A stretch of 64,000 nt of DNA from an uncultured delta proteobacterium (GTDB lineage Bacteria > Desulfobacterota > Desulfomonilia > UBA1062). Under the pieces are notes generated by a model, which was not told the DNA's origin, ran no database searches, and saw only the letters and a program-made list of their open reading frames with translations. A program made the translations under genes and the position numbers. The DNA lies in the NCBI GenBank assembly GCA_963785235.1, contig CAWAUM010000013.1:173540-237539 (forward strand). The letters run 5' to 3'. Below are positions 51,828-61,347 of the stretch, in pieces; positions within the stretch are counted from its first letter, which is position 1, and the number at the start of each line of letters is the position of its first letter.

Positions 51828-52598
51828 TCATGGCAGCACCCCGATCCTTTCCAGGATGCGTGCCACCACGGCAAGGGCAGGTGAGTTCTCGGGCATGCCC
51901 GTGAGCGGTTCGCCTCTGAAGTCGAACGACCTGATGAGGTCGTCGTCAAAAAGCTCACCGTAGAGTTCAAGGCCAGTCCTGCCCCTGATGTCGTCCACCT
52001 CGACCTGATTCCTAACCCGGTTGAGAACGAGCCCCATGCTCTTGAAGTCCACTGCCTTCTTCTCGTTCGCAACCTGCGCTATGGTGTTTGCCACGCCAAG
52101 GCCCTTTACCGAGGTGTCGGAGACCAGGACCAGGTGGTCCACGGTCTTCATGACCCGTCTGTTGATCTGCTCGATGCCAGCTTCGCCGTCTATGAGCACG
52201 ACATCGAACCTTCCGGCAAGGTCTGCAATGATATCTTTCAGGAGGTTGTTCACCTTGCAGAAGCATCCCTCGTCCTCGGGCCTGCCGATGGCCAGCAGGG
52301 CATACCCGTCACGCTCTTCCAGGGCGTCGAAGACCTCGTAGTCCAAGCGCTTCACTGTCTCCTTGCTGCCTTGAGGTTGACCCTTTTGGATCCCAGTAAT
52401 AAGATCTTTCCTGATGTCATCCACGGTCTTTTTCACCTCGATGCCGAGCGCCGTAGCCAGACCCACCGCTGGGTCGGCGTCGATGGCGAGGATCTTCCGG
52501 CTGTTCTTATCTGCCAGGAGCTTCACCATGAGGGCGGACACCGAGGTCTTGCCCACTCCTCCCTTGCCGCACAGTGCCAGTATTTTCGTATCAGCCAT
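51828..52598 (-). CDS. CooC/AcsF-type MinD-family ATPase
   Basis: GKGGVGKT, LAIDADP, GRPEDEGCFC (CxC), DGEAGIEQINRR. Confidence 0.88.
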   Translation of the reverse strand: MADTKILALCGKGGVGKTSVSALMVKLLADKNSRKILAIDADPAVGLATALGIEVKKTVDDIRKDLITGIQKGQPQGSKETVKRLDYEVFDALEERDGYALLAIGRPEDEGCFCKVNNLLKDIIADLAGRFDVVLIDGEAGIEQINRRVMKTVDHLVLVSDTSVKGLGVANTIAQVANEKKAVDFKSMGLVLNRVRNQVEVDDIRGRTGLELYGELFDDDLIRSFDFRGEPLTGMPENSPALAVVARILERIGVLP

Positions 52599-53328
52599 GC
52601 AGTGCCTCTCCTGACTTTTCCATGAGCTTATCCCTCATTCCCTTGAGGCCGTCGGCCTCATCGCAGACTTCCTGGTAGTCGCAGCTCCCGCACTCGAAAT
52701 CCATCTCGGCGGCCATCTTGTTCATGGCAGCGATGATCTTTTCAGAATGTGCAGTGATCTCCTTGAGCCTGGACACATCTTCCGTGCTGGAGGTGACGAA
52801 GATCACCTCTACTGACTTCACATAGGGCCTCTGAGCAAGGAGACTTATGAGCGAAGACCCGAGGTGGCGGGCGGAGAACCCCTTGGAAAGGGCATCGCTG
52901 CTTATCCTGCACCATTCCCTCATGTACTGGGAGACCGCCCTCATCATGAAACCCTTCAGGTCGAGCTCGTACCGGAGAAAATCCAGATCCTTGTGCCTTT
53001 CATAGACATTGTCCTCGTCAAAGCCCTCGACACCCACCAGGACCACCTTGCCGAATGGCAGGCTTTTCGAAGCACTCTCGAAAAAGTCAGGGCCCACAAG
53101 GGTGATCCTCCTGTCTTCGATCCATGAGAGGTTCTCTGTCCACAGAAGGCACGACACGGATTCCATCTCGGGATTACCCAGCTCGAGACCGAGGTCTTCC
53201 TTCAGCACGATGTTCCTGCTTCCCCCTGCAGCCCACGGCACAGAAGGGCCGGAAGACCAGATACGTCTCTGGGCCTGATCGGCCAGAAAAGAACGCACAG
53301 ATGGGATGATGCCTTCAAAGAGTTCCAT
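52591..53328 (-). CDS. Truncated acetyl-CoA synthase (CdhC/AcsB middle-domain)-like protein
   Basis: LELGNP, IEDRRITLVGPD, LPFGKVV, WCRISSDALSKGFS..HLG resemble CdhC; lacks the A-cluster domain; ends with CGSCDYQEVC. Confidence 0.65.
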   Translation of the reverse strand: MELFEGIIPSVRSFLADQAQRRIWSSGPSVPWAAGGSRNIVLKEDLGLELGNPEMESVSCLLWTENLSWIEDRRITLVGPDFFESASKSLPFGKVVLVGVEGFDEDNVYERHKDLDFLRYELDLKGFMMRAVSQYMREWCRISSDALSKGFSARHLGSSLISLLAQRPYVKSVEVIFVTSSTEDVSRLKEITAHSEKIIAAMNKMAAEMDFECGSCDYQEVCDEADGLKGMRDKLMEKSGEALHG

Positions 53329-53329
53329 A

Positions 53330-54121
53330 TCATCCCTTATTCGAGGCCATGTCGCGGGCAATGAGCGCGGCACCGATGGCGCCGGTTATCTGAGGGTCTG
53401 TTTCCATCTTCCTGAGCTGCACGCCCAGCGCCTCTTCAAGGGCGCAGAACATGCCCTCGTTCTTTGCCACCCCTCCGGTCATGGTGATCTCCTTATCCAG
53501 CTCGATGCCCTTGGCAAGCGCCGCCACCCGGTGGGCCAGTGACTTGTGGAGGCCGCCGACTATTTCAGCAAGGTCCTTGCCCGCATTGATGAGCGAGATG
53601 ATCTCCGTCTCTGCAAATACAACGCACTGGTTGGATATGGATAGTGGGTTCTTTGACCGCGAGGATAGTTCTCCCATGTCTTCGAGCCTGATCCCCATGG
53701 CCCCTGCCATCACCTCAAGGAACCTGCCCGTGCCGGAGGCGCAGCGGTCATTGTAGGCAAAGCGGATGACGTTGCCTGCATTGTCAAGCCGGATGGCCTT
53801 GGCGTCCTGACCCCCGATGTCGATCACCATATGCACCTCAGGCATGAGCCACTGTGCCCCTTTGCCGTGGCATATGATCTCTGACTCCACGGCATTGGCA
53901 AAGGGGATGGAGTTCCTGCCATAGCCGGTGCCTACGCAGTATGCCATGTCCGCTAGGGAAAGCCCTGCCTTCTCAAGGGTCTTTTCCATCACCTCCCGGG
54001 CCGAATCCCCGGGATCTGGCTTTGCGAAGATCACGTGCGAGGCCAGTACATCGCCATTCTTCATGATGATTGCCTTGGCGCTCAATGATCCGACGTCACA
54101 TCCTGCTACATACATGCTCAT
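53330..54121 (-). CDS. ASKHA activase (HgdC/BcrA-BcrD type)
   Basis: GCDVGSLSAK, GTGYGR, DIGGQD, NDRCASGTGRF, CVVFAETE. Confidence 0.92.
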   Translation of the reverse strand: MSMYVAGCDVGSLSAKAIIMKNGDVLASHVIFAKPDPGDSAREVMEKTLEKAGLSLADMAYCVGTGYGRNSIPFANAVESEIICHGKGAQWLMPEVHMVIDIGGQDAKAIRLDNAGNVIRFAYNDRCASGTGRFLEVMAGAMGIRLEDMGELSSRSKNPLSISNQCVVFAETEIISLINAGKDLAEIVGGLHKSLAHRVAALAKGIELDKEITMTGGVAKNEGMFCALEEALGVQLRKMETDPQITGAIGAALIARDMASNKG

Positions 54122-54174
54122 AATCTCTCCGTTACGGGGCGTTTGTCTTTTTTAAAATCTGGCCCGTTCATCAC

Positions 54175-54960
54175 TCATTTATTTTTTCCCATCATATCTC
54201 GCGCAAACACCGCAGCCCCCAGTGCGCCCATGACCTGAGGGTCCACCCTCAGCCTGCGCATGGGCACGCCCAGCTGTTTTTCCATGGCCTCGAGCACCCC
54301 GGCGTTCTTTGCAACACCCCCTGTCATGCACACATCCTTCTCAACACCCACTGACTTGGCCAGGATTGCAACCCTGGCTGCCATGGCCTGGTTGATGCCG
54401 GAAGCCAGGTCTGCCTTTGAGGTGTTGGAGTTGAGGTGCATGATAACCTCGGCCTGGGCCCAGGCCGTGCAGGTGGCAGCCAAGGAGATGGGGCTTCTGG
54501 CCTGTGCGGATAGCTTGCCAAGGTCATCAAGCTCCAGTCCCAGGAGCTTTGCCATGACCTCCAGGAACCTGCCGGTACCCGAGGCGCACTTGTCATTGGT
54601 GATGAACCTGACAATGTTTCCCTTCTCATCGAGGCGGATGGCCTTGCAGTCCTGCCCGCCGATGTCGATGATGGTCCTCACCGTTTGCAGGAGCCAGTGG
54701 GCGCCCTTGGCATGACAGGCGATCTCGGACAGTGTCTTGCCCACAAAGGGTATCCGCTCCCTGCCGTAGCCGGTCCCTACGCAGAATCCGATGTCCTTCA
54801 TGGTGAGCCCGGCAGCGCCCAATGCCATATCCATAACCTCAGGGGCGGATTTTTCAGGATTGAAGGATGATGGTATCAGCGCCTGGCTGATGACACGGGT
54901 GTTGTTGAGGATCACCGCCTTGGTGGTGAGCGATCCAACGTCACATCCTGCCGTGATCAT
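54175..54960 (-). CDS. ASKHA activase (HgdC/BcrA-BcrD type)
   Basis: GCDVGSLTTK, GTGYGR, DIGGQD, NDKCASGTGRF, variant CTAWAQAE. Confidence 0.92.
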   Translation of the reverse strand: MITAGCDVGSLTTKAVILNNTRVISQALIPSSFNPEKSAPEVMDMALGAAGLTMKDIGFCVGTGYGRERIPFVGKTLSEIACHAKGAHWLLQTVRTIIDIGGQDCKAIRLDEKGNIVRFITNDKCASGTGRFLEVMAKLLGLELDDLGKLSAQARSPISLAATCTAWAQAEVIMHLNSNTSKADLASGINQAMAARVAILAKSVGVEKDVCMTGGVAKNAGVLEAMEKQLGVPMRRLRVDPQVMGALGAAVFARDMMGKNK

Positions 54961-56363
54961 GACGAAATCCCCCTTACGTGCATGAACTCGCTGATCTTGT
55001 CCACGCAGTGCTCCCATGATGCTACGCGATCGTCAAAGGCATCGGCAAAGAGCAGCATGGTGGGTATGCCTTCCCGTTCGCAGTCGCGCTGGATGAGCTT
55101 GTTTGCGCCCCAGCTGTTGCGGCACCCCATGCTGCCTACATAGACCAGGAAATCGGGCTTCATGATCTTGGACATGAAGAGGAGATCGTCGCGCCACATC
55201 CCGGGCGCATCATACGGTCCCCTGAGTTGCTTGACCATGGGCATGCGGGAGTTGATGTCTGCCAGCGAGTCGATCATGGTGTCCAGGTTCGTGGTGTCGA
55301 TGTGGTAGGCCTCTTCCTCCCGGCCTACTGCATAGTTGATGCCCTCATTCCAGAATCGTAAAATAACCGTGGGCAGAAGGCTGATCTCTTGAGAATCCAT
55401 CCATTCCCAGAACCTGGCATCAGTCGTATAGTGATCGATGTAGCACATCATGAGCCGGGCACGTTCTTTTTTCGTGGCCGTGCCGGCAAAACCCTTGGCT
55501 GCGTTCTCACGCGCGACCTTGAGGATGGATTCAAGCATGGCGGTATGCACTTTTCTCCCCGGCATGGTGAGCTTTCCGGCATACATGAAAAACATGAAGA
55601 TCGGCGGCACAGGACAGGGTATGAGCCGCATGAGATCATATAATTCATTATTGAGCTCGTCCTGGAGCTTCTGCTCTTCGAGCAAATCTCTAAGCTTGTC
55701 CTCGTTGAGCTTCGAGCCCGACTGCTCCTCCATGAAAGAGATCAGGGCCTTGAAGTCTTTTCGGTGGTAGTCGCCGACCCTCCCTTCCGTGAGCTTGGAA
55801 GGGAAGTTGAGCTGGAACATGGGGAGGTCAAGGTAGGAGGAGAGGAACTGGACCGCATTGGCATTTGTGTCGCAAACGCCGGGAGCGCCGCATACGAGAA
55901 AGTCCGGTTTTTCGGTAAGGCCTGCCAGGTATGCACCGAACGATCCTCGCTGGGCCGAGCAGGAGGTTTCGGTGAACCCCACCTCGCAGCAGTAGTCCAT
56001 GTACTCCGCCGTTCCTTTTCGTAGCGCCAGGGTACCGAATACCGTCAATGGCTCAGCCCATGCAGGCACCACGTTGTCAAAGGCAAAGAACAGATGCTTT
56101 GCGGTGACAAAAGTACCGAGACACAACTTTTTACCCTGCTGCTTTGCCGTCATGATATCGCCGAGGTACTCTGCAAGCATCTTCATGAAAAGCACACCCG
56201 GCTCCCCGTGCCGCAGGATGGTATTGGCAACGAGCTTGAAGCTCGGGATGACCCTGGTAAGGCCCTCAAATTCCTTGGGCGTTCCGTCAAGGGCCTTGGA
56301 AGCGGCATCGAAAATGCTCCAGAGCATCCAGTCGTAGTTATATTCTCTTGTTTCCTTCTTCAT
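54957..56363 (-). CDS. 2-hydroxyacyl-CoA dehydratase family subunit (HgdA/BcrB-like)
   Basis: TSCSAQRG, GVCD, MGCRNSWG, GIPTMLL.AD..D. Confidence 0.82.
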   Translation of the reverse strand: MKKETREYNYDWMLWSIFDAASKALDGTPKEFEGLTRVIPSFKLVANTILRHGEPGVLFMKMLAEYLGDIMTAKQQGKKLCLGTFVTAKHLFFAFDNVVPAWAEPLTVFGTLALRKGTAEYMDYCCEVGFTETSCSAQRGSFGAYLAGLTEKPDFLVCGAPGVCDTNANAVQFLSSYLDLPMFQLNFPSKLTEGRVGDYHRKDFKALISFMEEQSGSKLNEDKLRDLLEEQKLQDELNNELYDLMRLIPCPVPPIFMFFMYAGKLTMPGRKVHTAMLESILKVARENAAKGFAGTATKKERARLMMCYIDHYTTDARFWEWMDSQEISLLPTVILRFWNEGINYAVGREEEAYHIDTTNLDTMIDSLADINSRMPMVKQLRGPYDAPGMWRDDLLFMSKIMKPDFLVYVGSMGCRNSWGANKLIQRDCEREGIPTMLLFADAFDDRVASWEHCVDKISEFMHVRGISS

Positions 56364-56376
56364 AGACTTTGCCTCC

Positions 56377-56619
56377 TCATACTGCCGACATGCTCAGGTG
56401 CGCCCCGGCCTTGATCCTCTGAATGTAGAGCCTGGAACGATCCTTGAGGACCTCCAGGTCTGTCTTTCTAACAATGTATTCCAATGTCATGACTGCAGAG
56501 GTGGGGAACAAGGTGAGTGCATCGATGGCCCGCTGTCTTTCGGCCAGCATCCTTTTGTCATCCAGTGCTATATCGCGTAAAACCTCTATGGCTATTGTTT
56601 CTCTGTCTATCTGGCACAT
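56377..56619 (-). CDS. Small hypothetical protein (80 aa)
   Basis: AGGAGA RBS; fills the gap between two dehydratase genes; predicted helical. Confidence 0.65.
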   Translation of the reverse strand: MCQIDRETIAIEVLRDIALDDKRMLAERQRAIDALTLFPTSAVMTLEYIVRKTDLEVLKDRSRLYIQRIKAGAHLSMSAV

Positions 56620-56630
56620 GAGAATCTCCT

Positions 56631-57764
56631 TTATGAAATTCGCTCCATGAATGCATCGAGCCGCATTTTTATCCTTCCCGTTTCCACCAAGGGACCATAT
56701 TCCCTCTCGAGACGCATGCAGGGGATTCCTGCAACCTCGAGATCCCGCTCAAGGACACCGTTTTCCGATCCATGCAGGTCGCAGAAGCGGACATTCTGGA
56801 GAATTACGCCATCCACGGCCGCCTTCTTGGCGATGTCCATGATGTAGGAACGCCGTTCCTTGTAGTAACCGAGCATGCGCGGGCAGATGCTGTTAAGCAG
56901 GTAGTGCGATGCAAGGGCATGGACATGCTCGGCCTTATCGTCCACCAGGCTTGCATAGGTGCGCGACCCGAAGCACACGGTGTCTGCAACCACAACGGCG
57001 CCGCCTTCTTCGATGAGCCCGATGAAGTCAAGATCGTCGTTGGCGCTCCCGATGAGCATGAGCCGTTTCTTGTTCTCAGATACGGATGGGGCCTTCTCCA
57101 GGTCTTTTATGATCGAGCCGAGCATGTCGTTGAATGATTCCCTGGGTATCGCATGGCCTGCAATGAGGATGGCCATGGCATCCTCTCCCGTGATGGGCAC
57201 CTCTGTGCGGAACCTGAGCGCGTCGATCTTCCGGAGGAGTTCCCTTCCCTCGTTGTAGACCTTGATGGAATTTTTCAGGGCCTTTGCCGTGATCTTAACG
57301 CCGAAATGATTCTCAAGGGTTGCGATCATATCCTTGAGCTCGTTCTCGTAGAATTCGATGCTGTAGTCCACCGCCTTGTGGGGCACGGAAAAATACTCGT
57401 AGTAGCCGGGTAGCGTCCCGGGGTAGTCTTCGCTCGACTTTCTCCAGCACTCCTCGAGCCTGCGCATGGAGTCGCAGCCGTTACTGATAATGGCTCCGTC
57501 CAGGAACTTGTATGACCCCTGTCCTGCAAGCTGGAGCATGCACTTGGGCAGGCTGCAGTTCACCGGTCCGAAGTAGGAGTCGCCGATGGAGACCGATGTT
57601 GTCCCTATGCCCCGCAGCCTGAAGGGCAGGAGCCCTGCTGCATGAAGGATCTCTTCGGGGATGAAGGTGCAGGAATAACCGACGATCTTACCCCCGTCAT
57701 CCTTGTGCTTCTGTACGAGTTCGCTGCACAAGGTCTTTGCTGCCTCTTTCATCTTCTCGATCAT
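56631..57764 (-). CDS. 2-hydroxyacyl-CoA dehydratase family subunit (HgdB/BcrC-like)
   Basis: CTFIPEEIL.AAG, NCSLPKC, NGCDSMRR, CFGSR, RFCDLHG, LEREY. Confidence 0.88.
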   Translation of the reverse strand: MIEKMKEAAKTLCSELVQKHKDDGGKIVGYSCTFIPEEILHAAGLLPFRLRGIGTTSVSIGDSYFGPVNCSLPKCMLQLAGQGSYKFLDGAIISNGCDSMRRLEECWRKSSEDYPGTLPGYYEYFSVPHKAVDYSIEFYENELKDMIATLENHFGVKITAKALKNSIKVYNEGRELLRKIDALRFRTEVPITGEDAMAILIAGHAIPRESFNDMLGSIIKDLEKAPSVSENKKRLMLIGSANDDLDFIGLIEEGGAVVVADTVCFGSRTYASLVDDKAEHVHALASHYLLNSICPRMLGYYKERRSYIMDIAKKAAVDGVILQNVRFCDLHGSENGVLERDLEVAGIPCMRLEREYGPLVETGRIKMRLDAFMERIS

Positions 57765-59047
57765 CTCACACCCCCTGATGAGGACTGGGCATCGCCTTGG
57801 AACTTCGGGACATCGGGGTAATTGCCGTGGCCGGTGGTTTCGTTATCACCGGTCAATTCGGAGATGCCTCTCTTGAGTACGGGCATTAGGGCAGACGCAA
57901 GCGGTTTCAATGCCCCTACCACGTCTGGCACCAGCCACTCGGCAGTCTTCACGATATCCTGCGTCTTTAAGGAATCGACCACCCCGCTGATGAGATTTGC
58001 CACGAGGTCGGGTCTGGCATCATGGATCTTGTTGATGACCCTGCTGGCGGTATTGATCAGCTCCGCGGCTTCAAAGGTGTCCAGATCCGACATACTCTCG
58101 GTCACCGCTGCATTCAGGCCGGTTTCATCCAGATTTTCGATGAGGGAAAGCCTGCGGTTCTCGGCCCTGATGCCCGAGCTCTTCACCGCCCCTATGGATG
58201 CGATATGGGACAGCAGTATCTGGGGATTGGCAGAGGCTGCATCGGCATACGCATTCGCTATTGCCTCCTTGTCTTCCGCAAGCATGATGCTGACCTTTCT
58301 GGCGAGCTCGGGATCGATCTCCTTGAAATACTCACCCATGAGATCGGTGAGATACATCTGGAGCAGAGACTTGCTTCCCTTTCCGACCAGGAGACTCCCC
58401 GTATGCAGCCGCCTGTAGAGTTCCTTTACCGTATTGACCAGTTTCGCCGTATCGGTGCCGTTCACCCCTTTGAGAAGGGAGAGGATGATGTCGGCAAACA
58501 GGTCCGGCCCGATGGCGCTCACAATGGGGAGCATGACTTCCCGCGAAGCCCTTATGGCGGTATTGATGAGAGGGATTAGGGTGGCAACGATTGTGCCGAC
58601 CTTTGCAGGATACCTCCAGAGGTGGGCGTTGAAGGCACCGAGGGTCTTCAGCACACCCTCGTCGCATCCTTCAACCATCTCCCGGATCTCTCCGAAATCC
58701 GTGTTCACAATGAAATCCCTTATGGAATCACCTCTGGTTTCATCGTGAAGGCCGGGGAACAAGGTTCGGTTTTCGTTGACCGATGCGGCAAACAGCGTGA
58801 TGATCCTGCCCACGTCGGCAGCGATGGAGCCCGGGTCCTCGGGTGTATCATGGTGCATGCCCCGGGAGAGCAGGCCCCTCACCGGGGATGTGATCTTTTT
58901 CTTGAAGCTGCTTCCACCAGACCATTGCTCCAGAAAATTTCGGATCACTGAGGAGATCAGACGGCCCTTTCCCTCAGTCCGAATGATCTTTCCGGCGATC
59001 CGGCCGACGGTATCAATAATCTGTTCCTGGTACTTGCTCGTGATCAT
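57761..59047 (-). CDS. Hypothetical all-alpha protein (428 aa)
   Basis: Long ORF whose stop overlaps the next dehydratase start (ATGA); no motif recognised. Confidence 0.75.
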   Translation of the reverse strand: MITSKYQEQIIDTVGRIAGKIIRTEGKGRLISSVIRNFLEQWSGGSSFKKKITSPVRGLLSRGMHHDTPEDPGSIAADVGRIITLFAASVNENRTLFPGLHDETRGDSIRDFIVNTDFGEIREMVEGCDEGVLKTLGAFNAHLWRYPAKVGTIVATLIPLINTAIRASREVMLPIVSAIGPDLFADIILSLLKGVNGTDTAKLVNTVKELYRRLHTGSLLVGKGSKSLLQMYLTDLMGEYFKEIDPELARKVSIMLAEDKEAIANAYADAASANPQILLSHIASIGAVKSSGIRAENRRLSLIENLDETGLNAAVTESMSDLDTFEAAELINTASRVINKIHDARPDLVANLISGVVDSLKTQDIVKTAEWLVPDVVGALKPLASALMPVLKRGISELTGDNETTGHGNYPDVPKFQGDAQSSSGGVR

Positions 59048-59224
59048 GAGTGTAAACCCCCTCGTCGGCTGCTACTGCCGCTCACCATCATTTGTAATTG
59101 AAAGCCTTTACCGTTCAGGTAACGGACTCTAGTTCCTGTTTTTTGTGATATGGTGCTTCCTTCACGTTCAAAAGGGGAGAAGGTTCGTCCAGCCTGGACG
59201 ATCTTCTCCCTTCCATTATCCTGG

Positions 59225-60544
59225 CTACTTCTTCTTTGCTTCACCCAGCAGATTCTTGGACAGATACCTTCCCAGTGCCAGGATGGACTGCACGGGCGGC
59301 TTGCCCCATGCTTCCGGGATCACCGAGCAGTCGCAGACATACAGGTTGTCGTACTGGGTCTTCAGGTTCGAATCCACGAACTCGCCGAGTTTTACGGTCC
59401 CACCCGGGTGGGCTGCGAAGTAATACGTCTTATAGATGCTGTGGCAGCCGGCATGCTCGAGTATTTTCCTGGCCCGCTCTCCGCCGTGCTTGAGCTTTTT
59501 CCGTTCCTTGTCTCCGAGCATCTTGAGCACCTGGCCGCCGTTGGTGAGTCTCCCGCCCAGGGCATCCCTAGATTTGACCATGATCCTGAAGGTCTTTTTC
59601 CCCTTGAAGAGCTGATCGAACCGGAAAACCTGTGATGAGAAAATGTTTTCCTGCCACCAGGACATGGCCATGTCGGTCATCAGGTACTCGTCGTCCGGGA
59701 AGGGGCACCCGCACTGCATGGGCAATTCACCAGTATTCTTGGTGATGTGTTTGTGCTCTCCGCACACGGTGATGAGCGGATCGAAGAAGAAATCGTATCC
59801 CACGTCCTTGATGCCCGTGTTCCTGAGGATGACCGGGGTCCCGATGCCGCCGGCAGCCAGTACAATGGTGGAGCCGTAAGCGCGGAAAATGTTGCCCTTC
59901 ATCTTGAACTCGACGCCCACCGCCTTCTTGTTCTCCAGGATGACCCTGCTCACCTTGGCATGGTTGAGCAGCGTGGCGCCGTCGAGCAAGGCCTCCCTGA
60001 CCCAGTGCAGCGCGCTCCACTTGATATCCCTCGGGTCATTGGGGTTCCACCCGTAGTCCGGTGTCCACCTGTCCTGGATGTAATACTTGTCCAGGGGCTT
60101 CCAGTCATACCCGAGGTCCTGGGCGCTCTCCCGTATGGTCTTGGCCATGGTCGTCAGCTGGTGCTCTTTCAATGGTCCGATGAACGGGAGTTCCTTGCGC
60201 ACCTCATTGTCGGCCTCTTTGAGATCCACCCCTTTTGCTTTGAACATCTCGAATGGTACCGGGTAAGAGGTCCCATAGTAGTAGATCGAGCTGCCCCCGG
60301 TGCATATTCCCCGGACCGCACCGAGTATCTGGGGGGTAAGAAGCAGGCTTCTAAACGGTATCAGCATCTCTGAGACGGTCTGTATTATGCCGCCGTTCGG
60401 GGCATTGTTCGGCCCCCACTCGAGCATGAGGACCTTCTTGCCCTTTTTTGCCATGTCCCTGGCCACGGTTGCCCCGCCGGGCCCCGTGCCCACCACGATT
60501 ACATCATAGTTATTGCTTGTTGCGACGCTACCTAGATCAGCCAT
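59225..60544 (-). CDS. GMC family oxidoreductase
   Basis: YDVIVVGTGPGG, GGSSI, VLAAGGIGTP, HPGGT, NLYVCDCSVIP. Confidence 0.88.
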   Translation of the reverse strand: MADLGSVATSNNYDVIVVGTGPGGATVARDMAKKGKKVLMLEWGPNNAPNGGIIQTVSEMLIPFRSLLLTPQILGAVRGICTGGSSIYYYGTSYPVPFEMFKAKGVDLKEADNEVRKELPFIGPLKEHQLTTMAKTIRESAQDLGYDWKPLDKYYIQDRWTPDYGWNPNDPRDIKWSALHWVREALLDGATLLNHAKVSRVILENKKAVGVEFKMKGNIFRAYGSTIVLAAGGIGTPVILRNTGIKDVGYDFFFDPLITVCGEHKHITKNTGELPMQCGCPFPDDEYLMTDMAMSWWQENIFSSQVFRFDQLFKGKKTFRIMVKSRDALGGRLTNGGQVLKMLGDKERKKLKHGGERARKILEHAGCHSIYKTYYFAAHPGGTVKLGEFVDSNLKTQYDNLYVCDCSVIPEAWGKPPVQSILALGRYLSKNLLGEAKKK

Positions 60545-60593
60545 AGTAAACCCCCCATCTTATTCTGTTTTTTTAAGTTCCTTTGCATGCTTG

Positions 60594-60965
60594 TCATCCA
60601 GTCTTCTCTACGCTGCCGGCATCACTACTGTTCAATTCCTGGTGTCCCAGCCGTGCCATCTCGATGGTCTCGACGCCGGTAAAGCTTGTAATGGAGCTGA
60701 ACCTGATCTCCGGTGCCGTCTTCGCCATCTCCATAACCAAGAGCACTTCCTGATAATCCCGGGAGCGGAGGTGCTGCTGCATCTTGTCTTCGTCCCTCCA
60801 GAGCTCCTCAAACATGATCACGTGCTTTTTCTCCGTGTCCTGATAGACAAAACAGTTCATACAGCCTGCCTTCGTTCTGATTCGGCCTGCAAGCGAATGC
60901 AGGATCTTCATCAACTCGGTATGCCTGCCTGGTGTCAGATCCATTCTCACCGTTGCATGAATCAT
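60594..60965 (-). CDS. Antibiotic biosynthesis monooxygenase (ABM) domain protein
   Basis: GCMNCFVYQD, FEELW.DE..MQQHLRS. Confidence 0.8.
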   Translation of the reverse strand: MIHATVRMDLTPGRHTELMKILHSLAGRIRTKAGCMNCFVYQDTEKKHVIMFEELWRDEDKMQQHLRSRDYQEVLLVMEMAKTAPEIRFSSITSFTGVETIEMARLGHQELNSSDAGSVEKTG

Positions 60966-61129
60966 CTACTCACCTGTCCCCATTCATATCCCTGCTTTGT
61001 GTGCCATGTGGTTGCACGGGTTTTCCAGTAACACTCAAACCGACGACACTCGGACTTGATCCGCGACAGTCCGTAGATACCCTGCCTCATGAGCTCTTCA
61101 AGGATCTCTCTACGACTCAGTCTGAACAT
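60962..61129 (-). CDS. Small hypothetical protein (55 aa), absent from the ORF track
   Basis: MFRLSRREILEELMRQGIYGLSRIKSECRRFECYWKTRATTWHTKQGYEWGQVSR; stop overlaps the ABM start (ATGA). Confidence 0.6.
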   Translation of the reverse strand: MFRLSRREILEELMRQGIYGLSRIKSECRRFECYWKTRATTWHTKQGYEWGQVSR

Positions 61130-61194
61130 GTCACCCGCCCTTTATTTTCCACGTTATCTTTTTCATGTGTGTACTCGTTCGCGGGTTAATACAT

Positions 61195-61210
61195 TGCCGG
61201 AACCATGCCA
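61195..61210 (-). promoter_or_regulatory. Sigma-54 -24/-12 promoter
   Basis: TGGCATGGTTCCGGCA has GG-N10-GC spacing; lies upstream of the small ORF and ABM gene. Confidence 0.6.
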
Positions 61211-61308
61211 GGTGATGACAGGCCTGTGGATTCAGCAATGACCATTAATTAATTTGATTAGTTATGAAGGGATGAAGAGGGAGTTGGTATTATGAGAAGG
61301 GCACTGAT

Positions 61309-61347
61309 AATGTCGAATAATCGACTAATTGTCGATTATTCGACATT
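61309..61347. promoter_or_regulatory. Tandem palindromic enhancer (UAS) for a sigma-54 activator
   Basis: AATGTCGAATAATCGAC-TAATT-GTCGATTATTCGACATT, perfect 17-bp arms, each itself GTCGA-N4-TCGAC. Confidence 0.7.

Noticed and set aside
51828-53328. Wood-Ljungdahl CODH/ACS locus
   Set aside because: No CODH, corrinoid Fe-S protein or methyltransferase genes, and the ACS-like protein lacks the catalytic domain
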